From Chlorokybus atmophyticus (lineage: Eukaryota > Plantae > Mesostigma and Chlorokybus algae): a stretch of 64,000 bases of DNA. The notes under the pieces are model-generated. The model saw only the letters and a list, made by a program, of their open reading frames with translations. It searched no databases and had not been told where the DNA came from. The DNA is taken from the NCBI GenBank assembly GCA_009103225.1, contig RHPI01003169.1, positions 1-64,000 of the forward strand. The letters are read 5' to 3'. Positions 40,379-53,122 of this stretch are shown piece by piece. The translations under genes were made by a program, and so were the position numbers. The stretch's first letter is position 1, and every line of letters starts with the position of its first letter.

Positions 40379-42515
40379 TCAGAACAGCGAAGCACCCTTC
40401 AGCTTTGGGGGAGGAGGTGACGCAGCGAGCCACGCAAAAGGCAAGGTCACAAGCTTTTGCCACTTGGGTACGAAAGCTCTCCTCGTAAAGCTATCGAAGT
40501 CATTTCGTTCAATAGCGTCGAGGATGCCTCGGTACAGTATCAGGGACGCCCACACCTGATGACGCAAGTTGATGTTCAACTGCACCTCAACACACTGTGC
40601 TCTGCAACCTCACATGACACTTACCGGCCACCGGCTTTTGCGTTCTAGTTGCGAAGCTCCAGCTTCAGCCTCATTGAAGTACTGTCGAGCACGCGCAATC
40701 TGGAACTTCATGAAGCTTTTCCATCTATCATCATTGACACCGGACAAAACATCCTCCTCAGTAATTCCGAATCGTGCCAAGTCTTCTAGGGGCAGGTAAA
40801 TTCTGTTGCGCCTAGCATCCTGGTCACATTCAAACATGTGGAGGTTTGTGGTTGCAGCGAGTGGGTGCCATGCAGCAGGCAAAGTTGAGACTGCGCATAA
40901 CAACATACCTCGCCTACGTCGCGCAAAATGTTGGTGAGCTGATTGGCAATGCCAAGTGAGAGGGCCGCTTGATAAATGTCAGGCAGCGAAGCTGTCGCGT
41001 GCGCATCCACTCCCATCACTGGCACGGTCATAACACCCACTGTGCCAGCCACTTTGTAGCAGTACTCGTAAAGCTCATCAAAGTTAGCATATCTGCGCTT
41101 TCTAAGGTCCATCCTCATGCCATCAACCATGTCGCGGAAGGGCTGCACAATGCATCACCATCAGACATAGGAGACTGTAGTATGTGACATCAAAGTGCAG
41201 CACTTGTACTGATGCACACCTGGATATCTACAGGGTACTTTTCCACCGTGTCTGAAAGCGCGGCATCCAGCAGGTCATAGGGTCGCCCATCATACAGATC
41301 CTCAAGGCGCTGCTCCCAGCGATCCAGGGCCTCAGGTGATATGTGTGGTGCATTGGGTCCATCAACCAGTTCATCTGTGCGCCGGCACCACACTGCGCAA
41401 ACAGTATGTCCACTTCAGGCTCAAGAACGCCGGTAAAAAACTAGTGTGCATATCAGTATGCATCAATGCATATGTCCTGGCAACATAGGAAGTGGTGCAC
41501 AACCAGTTGCAGACACAACTGAGCTGAAGGCTACTGCAACATTGACATACAACCCAGCTTGTTCACTCAGCGGCTGCGCACTATAGCTTACCATATATAG
41601 CCCATACTGCTCGGCGCCTCTCTGGGGTCATCAGTTGAGTTCCTACAGCAACGAGTGATCAGCTGACCTGCTTAACATCTTGGCAGTGTCACACCACCGT
41701 GTCTAAACGTGATTCACGGCATAAGTAGCAATGGATATATGCTTACCCAAATAGAAGGTCTTGGCATACTCTGCGCACACAGTGCCGCAGCGTTGGTAGG
41801 CGTTTTCCAGCAATGCGGATGCCTTCTCATCTGGCACGCGCTGATTCACCAGTGCTCCAGATGCTGCGATGCTTTCTGCGTGTTGGCGGACGTACTTGAT
41901 CGTCAGCTCCTGCGCGCTCTGGCTGGGTTCCCTAACCGTCGTTGCACGATCCGGTGCTCGCAAGCTCTCTGTCTCTGTAGCCACTGTCTGAACCGAAGCG
42001 GCCTTTCCTGAGGCTGATGTCGGTTTAGACTTGTTGTTTCTCCGCTGCCTGGAGCCAGACTTCACCGCGCGCACAGGCTGCAGCATAAGACTTGTTCATG
42101 CTAAGATAAGACTCAGCAAAGAGTCAGGCACCAATCATACAGTAACAACCAGCTGTACCAAAGGTACGTGATAACAGGACTGGTACAGCTGTCAAGCACA
42201 TGCTCGCTTTACAACGCACAAGCTGAGAATGTACACGAATGATTAGCATGCCAGCTATGAGTGCATTAACAGATGAGTTGCAGTCACCACAAAATCGTAC
42301 ACATATGCTGCGCTACCAAAGTGCTGCTGTGAGTTACAGAGAAAGCAGGACACGCTTGCAATGCACACCATGCCGGCACTAACCATCATGATAGGCTTAG
42401 CAACAGGGGAACGATGCCTGCAAGGCGAGGGTATCGCGGACTCCCCAAAGAAGGAGGACCCGCGCAGCGCCACTCCCCCATCCTGCACGCGCATGGGCAG
42501 CGCCGTAGCCGCCAT
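40379..42515 (-). CDS. PSY: Phytoene synthase, multi-exon, transit-peptide-like N-terminus
   Basis: [64 protein letters not shown]|[20 protein letters not shown]. Both Asp-rich motifs are intact. Confidence 0.96.
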
Positions 42516-43736
42516 CTGCGGAGAGCGGCACCGCGCAGGCAAGCAGGCAGAGACGGTCTATCAGGACGTTCAGCTTGGGCGCCTGTACCACACCCCACCC
42601 TCCGCGCCTTGCCCTGCCGCCGCCACGCACAACCCCGCCGCCAAAGCCGTCGCCGCCAATGACAGAGAAGATCCGGCCCCTCGTGCTTATCCACGAACGC
42701 CTTGAACTAAAAACTCCACTCCAGACCCTAAACTCTGGCCTGGCCTTTAATTCACCGCGAACAGTTCACGCGTGAACTAACGGGCAGTGAACAACCGACG
42801 TCGAGATGGTGGATCAGCGCAACTCCCTAACGGGTCCGTCATGCTGGCCTCCATTTCCTGTTATTCCTTTATTGCCGATGATAACCGGTTTGCATTGTGT
42901 GGGAACGATCAAGTCGTCTACATCAGGGATCTCTCGGCGGTCACAGTTCCACGAGGTTCGCACCATAACCGCAAACCTCCGAAATTCTTCGAGACTCTAT
43001 CTGGCGCTTGTTCGGAATAGTTGTTGTCAACTTGTTCATGACGAGTTGTTCGCCGCCGTTTTGCACCCTTTGAACTTTTCTCCAGCCTGGCATTAGAGTC
43101 GAACGTTATCTGCTCACTTGCCTTCTATAAGTCTATCTCGTCGGGTTAGGAATTTTGTGCACAGAACTTACGTGCGTGCCACGACGTTCCCGCGGGCGCA
43201 GCGCGAAACGAAAACTACCCAGATAAACAGTGCCCGCTGCGCAGGGGATGCCGCAAACTTTGGCACAGCGAAGCGTTTTTCCAGGCCACAAACTTTCAGG
43301 GGTTTTGCTGGCCACCACAGCGCAGAGGATAACGAAAGCCGTCTGATCGCCCACGCTGTCAGACCGGCAGAGTGCAGATGGACCAATCAAGACCCTGAGT
43401 TCAGCTGGAATCATTGAAACTGCTGGTGTGAGTCACGGTGTAGTGCACTGACACGCTGTAAAGCGCCCGCTACTGCCGCGGCGCTGTACAGCACACGTCG
43501 CAACGTGTCACACATGCCTTTCTAGTGTTTGCGGTAGCTACGTTGGCATTGCCGACGCCGCATCTACTTTTTTCGCTGCTTCTGATGATTGATGCCTCAT
43601 GACAATGGCACTAGGATGAGGCTGACAGATACCGTAGAGACACGTACATTACAACCCAAGAACATTATCAATTGCCTTGGGGTTTTATTTTTTAAAATAT
43701 TACAGGCTTAGTTAATCCCATAATAACAACATAACC

Positions 43737-44885
43737 TGTTGACATTTATGGTTACTATTGCAAAAGGTTAAATTAAAAATTGGTTCGCAAAAGTGAGTGT
43801 GGGTTGTAATGTACGTGTCTCTACGATAACTAGCACGTAATTACCATTAAGGCTAAAGTAGAAAACACAATGATATAAGTACTTAATTACTTTCAAGTCC
43901 TTAGTAAAGTACGCATAGACACCAATATATAAGACACCAATTTATATGGCGGACAAAATCCGCTGAAGCGGCGCTTTGCTTCCCTTCCAATTCATGCTGA
44001 AAGTTTACCGAACAATCAAGGGGATCTAGGCACCTTACGATGTCGTTGTTTGACCCGCTATTTCGTGGATCTAACAAAATAGCGTAACGACCACACAGCA
44101 ATGGCGATCACATGCAAATTGGGCAACTTGCGCCTTTTAACAACTTGTGGCAAGCCGCTCAACCTGGCAGCCCTCAATTAAGGGGTTTGTAAATGTGTTA
44201 TGTCTTTGATCTGCAGATGTTGCATGGTAGCTGCAATTGCATATTGTTCGATGATCGCTGCTGTAGGGTTTGATGCATTGATGTAATTTCATCGGATTTG
44301 CATTATGAGTTGCTTTGAACATGTCAATCATCAATTGTTCGGTGCGGTTTTTATATTGCATATTAAATGTTCTCGACATTTGCAAATTGTTTGCGCAGCA
44401 AGCTGCGGAGTGGTGAGAATTGATGCAACACGATTAGGATAAAGTGTTCAAAGAAATTCCTTAGGCATCTGCAGCACATGTATTGACTCAATCATAAGGC
44501 GGCGGCAAGTCAGAGAGCCGATCAAGTGAACTTAGATTTGAACGATTGCCTGCTATAAGCAAAAATGAAGACAATTACATATGAAAGAGAGATCTTATAG
44601 CTAAGAATTGTAAAAACAACACCTTTATGAAAGTGTTTCATAATAACATTTGTGTGGTCAATGTCATTTGTAATACCGCCACGCCGACTTGGGCACACTG
44701 CAGACGAGCGCCCATGCCGTGGGCATGCTGGTGCTACGCGCAGCATAAGAGCAACACAAACAAAGATAACCCCAGAAGTAGGCATAGGCTCAGGGATGAA
44801 CATATGTGAGGATCTGATCAGTAGTAGAGCTGGTGACGCTCTCCTCCTTATTGTACCTACTGTGATGTAGTACACACAGTCAACA
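43737..44885 (-). repeat. Putative 3' LTR of the Gypsy element (left boundary uncertain)
   Basis: On the minus strand TGTTGAC begins at 44885 right after the polypurine tract. A matching TGTTGAC on the plus strand at 43737 would give 7-bp inverted termini. No 5' LTR lies in the window to confirm. Confidence 0.4.
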
Positions 44886-44899
44886 AGCCCCTCCCCCTC
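44886..44899 (-). promoter_or_regulatory. Polypurine tract of the Gypsy element
   Basis: Minus strand GAGGGGGAGGGGCT, between the end of the integrase/PHD and TGTTG. Confidence 0.7.
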
Positions 44900-44939
44900 A
44901 GGTTCTGGGGTAGCCTCCTGCTCCAGGACTCAGCTTCTA

Positions 44940-46011
44940 CCAACTGTGTGGGGGACCGTTGATGCGGCAGTCATTGCACTAATACTCCCACATCGGCACC
45001 TTGTCCAATGGAGGGTCAAGGCAGTGATAGTGCATGCCTTGGCAGCCTTTGTATCACAGCATCACCGGGTCGTGGTCAACACTGCCACATCTCTCGCAGC
45101 GGGTGCTTCGCAGCGGTCGAGGTTGCTGGATTTTGCCGAAGTCAGCGATGTGGGGAAGATGACAGGGCGCGCAGTTCACCATGTTGTCCTTTATGCGCTC
45201 GCCTTGTTGTCCCAGAAGGTCCAGTACTCATGTGGGATACACCTTCGATACCTTATAGACAACGCGCCCAACGGAGGTGTCGAGGGTGTTGTGTGTGGTC
45301 GGCATGCGGTAGAAGAAGTCTCCTGGCTGGAAGCGGCGTTCTCGCTCCTTGTAGAAACCGCTGCGCACACGCTCGTATTGAAGCGTGTTGCGGTGCTGAG
45401 CGATGCGCAAGTTGTGAAAGGCCATGGGGACAGTGTGCTCGAACAGCGCGCTGTGCACTGTCAGATCATACAGCATCTTGTCGGGGTTGTCGAGATTGTC
45501 CACCACTCTGACGACCTCCTGCTGTGCGCGGAAAGGGAGCAATGGCTGTCTTCCAACTAGCAGATAGTACGGGCTGTACTCCCGCAGTGCTGCCTGCTTG
45601 GACAGCTGGTACCCCAGTGCTACCCATGGGAGGTGGTCATCCCATGTGCTCTTCTCATAGTCGGAGGACGTACTTGCGCAAAGCCTTCTTGATGGCCTGC
45701 ACGGTAAGCTCAGCGAGATGATCAGCTTGTGGATGGTCGCGTGAAGTATGGCGGTAGTCGATGAAGCATCTGTCCATGAGCTTGTCAAAGGGCTCCTCTG
45801 AACTCCGTACCTTGGTCGGTGATGACTTCAGCACAGCTGCCGAAGCATCCGAGTCAATGGGAGAGGAAAGCCTGGGCTACTCCCTCGCTGCTCTTGTCGG
45901 GCAGGGGCACCAGCTCCACCCACTTGGAGAAGTGCTCGATCATGACGAGAATGTAGCGGTTGCCTCGTGCTGAGGGCGATAAGTCCCCGAGGATGTCCCC
46001 AGCGGTAGAGT
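44940..46011 (-). pseudogene. Ty3/Gypsy integrase core and C-terminal PHD finger (3' half of the split pol)
   Basis: LYRWG..DILGDLSPSARGNRYILVMIEHFSKWVELVPLPDK; AERTVQAIK; WDDHLPWVALGY..SPYYLLVGRQP; then CERCGSVDHDPVML*YKGCQGMHYHCLDPPLDKVPMWEY*CNDC (PHD, 44967-45098). Stops and frameshifts are present. Confidence 0.88.
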
Positions 46012-46197
46012 CGTCGCAATATGTTTTCCCTGCCGGCCGACTAAATATTGGCAACGGCCGTGCACCTGAGGACATTAATTTAGACTGTCGTGGCTCAGGC
46101 CACCTGTAATCTTGATATAGGGACCTAACGCTAACTGCCGTTACTATAAGGCCCTTTTTGTTACAATTTAGTCTTTAACATTTAACTATGCCTAACC

Positions 46198-46490
46198 AAC
46201 AGGCGCCTGTTAGTTACCTATCAGGCCTTAACAGGTGACTATATATAATTAACAGGCACCTGTTAGTCACACATCAGGCCTTAACAAATGACTTTGTGTA
46301 ATTTACAGGCAACTGTTAGATACACATCAGGCCTTATTAGGTGACTACAACTAATCAACGGGCACCTGTAAGTTACACATCAGTCTTACTTAGGTGACTC
46401 AGCCTATGTGACAGGCACCTACAGGTTACACACCAGTCCAGCGCAGGCGTCTAAGCCTAATTCACAAGCACCAACTAGGTAATTATCGAC
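46198..46490. repeat. Subterminal tandem repeat, 53-bp period, 5 clear copies plus 1 degenerate
   Basis: Units start at 46198, 46251, 46304, 46357, 46410 and 46463. Approximate consensus AACAGGCACCTGTTAGTTACACATCAGGCCTTAACAGGTGACT plus an AT-rich spacer. Confidence 0.9.
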
Positions 46491-46832
46491 AAAATAAGGC
46501 ATTCTTTAACAACTGAAGGTGACTAATGCCTAACTGTCGTCATATGTATTTGCATAGCTTGACTACACGCGACTGTCACTGACTTCCAGCATTGTTATGT
46601 GCATGTGCTGTGTACATGTACCTGAAATGTGTACAGTGTCTCTCAGTCACTTGCCAAGGCTTGTAGTTCGATTATGTGACTCGAATGCAGTTCTGCTGTA
46701 TATCATAGGGATGCAAGTATTGATGTGCATGAGCATAATGACGATTGACTGAGCTGGTTTAAGATGCACAACACTCAGTCACAAGAGCCTTGTAGCTATG
46801 TACACTACCAGCTAAACGGACTACCAACTGCG

Positions 46833-48660
46833 CTACAGCTCCTCTCCATCATCGCTGGTCTCGTCATTACGGAACAAAGCACCACGCGCTGGGGCCTGTG
46901 GAGGAGACGCCGGAGCTTGCTCTTCCTCCTCAAACGGTTGTGCCAGCCAATCAAATGCCGCTTCTGCCTCAGCGAGCGGGTCACGAGCTGCTGTCTCTTG
47001 CGGCCGGCGCCGATTGGGATCTTTCATGTATTCGACACAAGATGCAGTGCGGTGTTTCACAAGGGTGAATGGCTGGAGGGCTGCGTACCGTTGCCTCATC
47101 TCCCGCTTCATTGACATGATCATGGTGTTGATTTCGCTGAGGTACTCTTCATGTGTGTCTATACTGGCAGCTAGGAGAGGGTCTCCATCCTTGCCCTTTA
47201 GGATGCGCTCCACTTGCGTAGTTTACAGGCATGTCTTAGTGGCATCGAAAGTCACTATTCACTGCAACGCGTCTGCAAGCCTGTAGTTTGGGGCTACAGC
47301 ATTCCTATATTGCTAATGATGGAGTTCAGAGTGCTCACCGTAAGCAACAGGTATGCGAGGTGGTTGACTGTCAGCTGCCGGCGACCAGGTGTAGTGACGG
47401 CGTAAGACCAGCATTGCACGATCATTTGCCAGATTATGGGATTGCCCCATTCATGGATGTATCTCTTCCGCTCCGGGTCTGCAGTGTCGGTCACCTCAAA
47501 TGTCCGCCATGACTTGTCTGCGACAGTCATACCGACAAGGCATTAGGCACGAAATACATAGTTCAAGTTGAGCCTGCACCAGGCTAGAATAGTGCCTGTG
47601 ACTTACTTTGGAGCGCGTTGCGCATCTGGGCTTTTTGGGTCTCGGGGTCCATTAGGGCGTCGATGTGCCTGATTGAATCGGTTACAATAGGCGAGATGAG
47701 TACGTGTGTATGGAGGCTGAGTAAGAAGGCAGTGTTGCATAGCAGACATGGTGGTGAGGGACCCAACTCACTTGCGCTTGTTGCTGTTAAACAGTGTCCA
47801 CTTGTACTCCTTCTCAAGGACATGCTTGATCTTGGTGACGTTCTCAGACCGGACCTGCGTAGCTTTCTTCAGGGCGACACTCCAGTGGAAGGGGCACTCC
47901 TTGGGAGTCCAGTACACCTCATAGAACTTGGCCGCATCGGCCTCGTCGTCATGGTCGAAGCCAACTACCTGTCACGGGCAGGTTGGTCAGTGTCACGGTG
48001 CAGTGCGGTCATGAAGCATTCACAGCACCTGACACATGACGTTACGAATAGTGTCCTCCTTGGGATAAACGTGGCTCTCTACCCAGTGGCCGTTTATGAT
48101 TTCAACGACGGCATCTCGCAAATGCTGTCCACAGAAGAACAATCCGTTACACACATACACACAGTGTCACAGTGTCACACAGTGCTTACCTCGTTGCCAA
48201 TCTTCCACTTGCTTGGGGAAGGGTTGCTGACGGCCGAGGTTGCCACGTCACGGCCAAATGCGTTTGGGTTGGGGGTTCCAATCGACCCTCTGCAAGCACA
48301 ACCACATGAGTCATGCTGCCAGCCATGAAAGATGCAACCCTCACAGTTGCAAAAGAAGAACAACGTGCACAGTGTATCCAGAACGCATGCAGTGAGTCAC
48401 TGTGCTAGTCATGATAGAAGCAAGCATCCAAGTTAGAAGTTGAGCAAGAAGCAACGTGCACAGTGCATCAAGAACGCATGCATTCTAGCTTGCCCTTGCG
48501 ACTGCGGTGTCAGGTGGAGTTGTTGTGATGTGCTGGGCGTTAGCGCGGGGTCCTGCTGCGATTGGTTGGCGACGGTTGCCTGGTTGAACACTGGGGGCAA
48601 TGTGGACAACTGGCGCCGACCTCCACGACGAGGTGCACTTACGGATGGACCACGAGGCAT
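46833..48660 (-). CDS. Transposon passenger ORF-L, multi-exon hypothetical protein
   Basis: ATG at 48660 (MPRGPSVSAPRRGGRR). GT-AG-bounded open exons: HLRDAVVEIINGHWVESHVYPKEDTIRNVMCQ | VVGFDHDDEADAAKFYEVYW..KYKWTLF-like | HIDALMDPETQKAQMRNALQ | DKSWRTFEV..NHLAYLLLT | acidic tail ending at 46833. No family recognised. Confidence 0.6.
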
Positions 48661-49079
48661 CTCTCCAACTGATAGTCGGGTGCCGCCTGTTTAGCTGTAA
48701 GTGGCGCTGCCGCCTCCAACGCTGCCGCCGCCGGTTGGCCCGCCCGAATGTATGAGGCGCGAAAACGAAAATGAGGCGGTTTTGAACGTCTAGAGTCCCG
48801 CACTATAGTCGCACTTGTAGTGCGTCCTTGCTCCTATGGTTGATGGTACGACTAATACTTGATGGTACGACTTATGCATTCGTGCCATCCATGCTTCATA
48901 CAACCATTGGTAACAATGGTTGTGTCGTAACATATATGATACGACAGAGGCATCTCTCGTCCAACCCCAGCAATTGACGTACAATGGCTCTGTCATACCA
49001 TCCATGGTACGACAGAGGCATTGCTCGATCAGCCCAAATGGGAGTTAGCGTGCACTCACCCAAACACGCTGCATTGATG

Positions 49080-52000
49080 GCCGGATGATGGCACGCAGGG
49101 GCACCAGGTCGATGACGGGTCGAATGTCAGGCTTGATGGGCCTGGGTTCGATTAGGAGGTTGAGGACCAGGAGTCGGAGGAGGCGGCGGCGGCGGCGGCG
49201 TGGCACATTATGCGAGAAGTTGTGGTCGTAAGAGTTCAAGCAGCGAAGCCAGCTACTACCGGTCGCCACGTCATGAATCATGGCAGGCGTCAACAATGGG
49301 GCTGTCAAACATGCATCACCAACATTGGACAAACCAGCAGGCAAGCCATTAAAGACCATCTTCACACAGAGAGCTGCTTGGTGGCTCGCTTTCTGCAACA
49401 AGGAGTGGATCAGGAGTTGCAGTCCTTGGAGCCCCTTGTCACAACCATGCGGGACTGATTGCGGCTGTGGGAACAAGCACAAAGGAATGCAGAGGTACGC
49501 TCAACAGTCACATGCATTCCTTGCAAGAGCAATTTGTTTTTTAGCGCACTCCATGTGATATATGTAGCGTGGCTGCAGGCCTCCACTATTCACCCATACC
49601 CACCCTACAGTCAAGCCGACATTGCGGAAGCAAGAGCAGAAAGACAGAGCTGGGCGGCGGTATGTTGTTGCCAATCTCGCTGTGCATGTTGACTGCAATG
49701 TCGGCTCCAATGCATGCCTGCCTTTGCATGCTAGGATGTGCGTGAGCGTGCGAAGTCGCGCGCGCGTGCCGAACGAAGTAGGCTGGGTTTGAGCACAGGA
49801 GCGCGTGGCCATTCGTCCGGCATTCAACCAATAGTGCATCAACCAGCAATGACGCAGTCCATGCAATCATTCGTGCATCAACCAGCAATGCCGCAGGTGA
49901 CTGTTCGAAGCAACCAACTGATGACGGTGTGACGCAGTTGACTATTGCAATTGCAGTGTCGCAAGCATGCAGCTAACCCACATGTGATTGGTTGACAGCA
50001 CCACAGTGCACTAGGTCCTGTTGGAGCTCCTATGCAAGCCTGGATTCAATCCCATCAACTGGTCCTTCAATCCCACTTGCTGATGGGCGCGGCGGCAATG
50101 CGGCATCAGTTTAACATGCATGTTGGCCTATTGAATCCCGACATGTCCATTGGGGCAGTGGCGCATGATGTGCCCATGGCTCACGAGCTCCGTGACGAGT
50201 CTGCCTACGAGGGTGGCGGGGAGAGTGCAGCCAATACCATCTTGTCAGCCCCCATGGCTTCCCCTGCTCCATGCAGCCCACGGGCCATTGTTGTAAGTCG
50301 CTGTCTTTTATGCTCGTGCCTTGGTAACAATGCGTCAGGCACTGCATAAGCTTATATTCGTCCTTTGCAACATTGTGAGCCATCTTATCCTGGGTCCTGT
50401 ATACAGCCCCCCTTGCTGCATGCACAAGTGGTCTCACCTGCAGCTCCTGCTCCCCTCTCAGCCAGAGCGCAACCACCTTCCGCGGCACCAGTCCTTCATA
50501 CACTGCCATCTCCTCCACGAGCAGCACCGGTGATTGCGGGGCAACAATCCTTCTCGCCGCCACCGGCGAGACAGCAGCACAATGCAACAACCAATGTGGC
50601 TTCTGCACCTAACTTACCCCACCCGCTGCAAGTTGAAGCCGGCAGTCTGCCCCAAACTCAAGTACTTTATCAGTCACTGTGACTCTTGCCGTTCACAGTT
50701 GAACACACCATGTGAGTGCTGTATGCGCATGCAGCAGGGGTCACCACCTGCCAGCGAGTCATCAGAGGAGCTGGCCGCAACCCGCATACGGCCATCAGTC
50801 ATGCTAGGTGGCCAGCTCGCCTCATGGGACCACTTCAATGCGCCAACGGATGGTAATTGCTTCTACCATTGTGTATTTCGCGCCAGGCCATCCATAGCGC
50901 AAAGTGTCCTGGATGATCACAAGTGCCCCAGCTCGAGCAGATTTTGGGCCATGCTGGACACCATGGACGACGACGGCAGGGGGCACACTCTCCGCAAAAT
51001 CACCGCCAAGGCTGTCGATGCAGGCGTGGCGAGCAGAATCCTAGACTTCTGCAGAGCCACTGGTGCCGCGGGAGAGATGGCGCAGTATTACGACAAACTG
51101 CCTGCGACCATGTTGGCTGATATCAACTGCAACATTGACCTAGCCATGGCCAAGGTGCGACAGATCGTGCGGAGAAAAGATGTGTACGTCGAGCACCTGC
51201 AGATGACCATGTTTGCCAACAAGCTGGGCTTGTTGATTGGCTGCGTGACCGTTCAGCGCGAGCATGGGGAGTGGGTGCCACGGCCCGGCAGCGCAGTTTG
51301 GGTTGGAAATAAAGAAGCCCCCAACTCAGTCCTGGTGGTGGGCAACACTGCTCCTGATGAGCCAGAAGCACACTTTTGGCTCCTCAAGCCTGCAAGCACC
51401 GAACAGTGGTCGTGGCCTATGCATGAAGTGCCACCGGAGGTAACACACCTGATCGGAGAGTGGCGGAATGGCGTTGCCAATTCCCCGCTACCACCGGCTG
51501 TGACCCAAAGTGCTGCGCCAACGCCTCAGGCCTCGCCTTCGTGTGCTAGGCAAGAAGTAGCCGAGTGTTCTGCACATCCTGCCTCCCCTCAACCACAGCC
51601 ACATGCTCGCAATCCCAATTCAGCACCCTCCCTTCCTGCCGCGGAGACTCACTTGCCACCGCACTCTGACCATCCGGAGGCATCTTCATCAAGAAGCAGC
51701 TGTAGCTCTCCCTCTCCCTCCAAGCTTGCCACATTGATCCCAGCCTGTCTTGTTGGTAAAGAGATTGATCGAGGTGTCCTGAAAGCTGCGCTGAAAGACA
51801 AAGGCTTCATGCTTGACCTCATGAAGCAACATGAGGTCGTGGAGAAACGGGAGGCAATCAACAAGCGCAAAGCTGTGGAGCAAGAAGATAACGCCTTACC
51901 TCCTCTGAGTGACAGTGCCACGGAGAGCGCCTGCCAGGATGTGCAGGGTGACAAAAAAAAAAAGAAGAAGGTTGTTGGAACAAAGGACGCTGACAGGACC

Positions 52001-53122
52001 AAAAAAGGAAAGGTGAGGCATCGTTACAACATTAGAAGAAGCACAGCACCTTGAAGCCTCACTGGGGCTGACTGTGTGTCCTGAGTAGACACAGGCGGGT
52101 TTACAGCGTCAAGTGGCTGCTCAGCATCGTCCAGAGAGACAGCCGGTGCGGCACGAGCTGCTTAAGCTCAAAGCACCGACACGCAGACGCTTTAAGGGGC
52201 TGACTCGTAGTGCAAAGGAGTTGATCACCCTACAGTACGCCCAAGACGCGCTGCATCACCGCATGCGGCATGCCTCGAGGTGGGTGACGAAAGTTTCCAA
52301 TAAGTGGGAGCAAACGCGGAGAATGCGGTCTAAACAGACCTTTAGGGATTGGCCGTGGTTGGAACCCATACACGATATGGCCATCCGTAGTACGTTGTTG
52401 CCCCTCGCCGTCCTCGATATGATGGTGTTGTTGCTGCCACAGTAACCGGCAATGTGCAAGAGCTATCTGCGGAGCAGAACTTCGACCTGCTGCAGCAGAT
52501 GTACCTGTCGATGTTGACCAATGCGGGTCGAGATGTGTGCCACTACCTGAGCAAACATACTGGGTGGCAAGTAAAACCATTCGAGCTGTACTTGGCATGC
52601 TTTGGCTGGCAGTGGCTGTATGTCATACGGCACGTCGAGCTGATTCTGTGGAAGCTCGAAGAAAATGACGATGCGGGGGAGTACACGAGTGACGACAGCC
52701 ATGTCGAGGGCCTGGATGAACGCATGCTGGACGAGACCACCAAGACCAGCAGGTGGTGTATGGCGGCAGATGGGCGTCAGGTGATCGAGCAGGCAGTGGA
52801 GCGTTATGCTGCGCCATTCAGATGGGAGTCGCTACGCCTGCGACGCGATAACAGAGTTTGGTGGCAGAGGCAGCTTGCACACCCGCGTGCACCATGTGTG
52901 CTGATTTGTCGCATTGAAGAGCCACCCCCCCCAGCGGATGGGGAGACGCCCTGTTGCAAGAAAGCGATGTGCCATGTCTGCATCATAGCACATCAGAAGA
53001 CTGTGGCAAATAAATCAAAGAATCTACAAGCGTGTCCATTCTGCAAGCAACCTCACCCGTTTTGGTCGCCACGCCTGATGCAAGACGCCAACGTGTCGGC
53101 GGTGATTTGGCCCCCGCCTTGA
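49080..53122 (+). CDS. Transposon passenger: OTU-like cysteine protease plus C-terminal RING finger (probably one spliced gene; 5' exons carry stops, start uncertain)
   Basis: OTU: APTDGNCFYHCVFRA (Cys codon 50858) and EAHFWLLKP (His codon 51371). RING-like: CVLIC..TPCCKKAMCHVCI..CPFC. Intron 52013-52094 is phase 0 and in frame; a short phase-1 intron 52387/52390-52442 would join the RING frame. Confidence 0.7.

Noticed and set aside
10851-42515. Functional gene cluster (G6PD NADPH supply, MAPEG and PSY)
   Set aside because: Interspersed with unrelated housekeeping genes (RPN2, ANTH, threonine aldolase); no evidence of co-regulation.
43901-44101. LDPR motif suggesting a hAT transposase fragment
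   Set aside because: A four-residue match only, with no other hAT motifs, inside the putative LTR.
46198-46490. CRISPR-like repeat-spacer array
   Set aside because: Units are contiguous degenerate tandem repeats without unique spacers, there are no cas genes, and the context is eukaryotic.
47618-48328. 236-aa plus-strand ORF (also 44946..45560 and 60790..61245)
   Set aside because: These are antisense shadows of minus-strand coding exons (ORF-L and Gypsy integrase).
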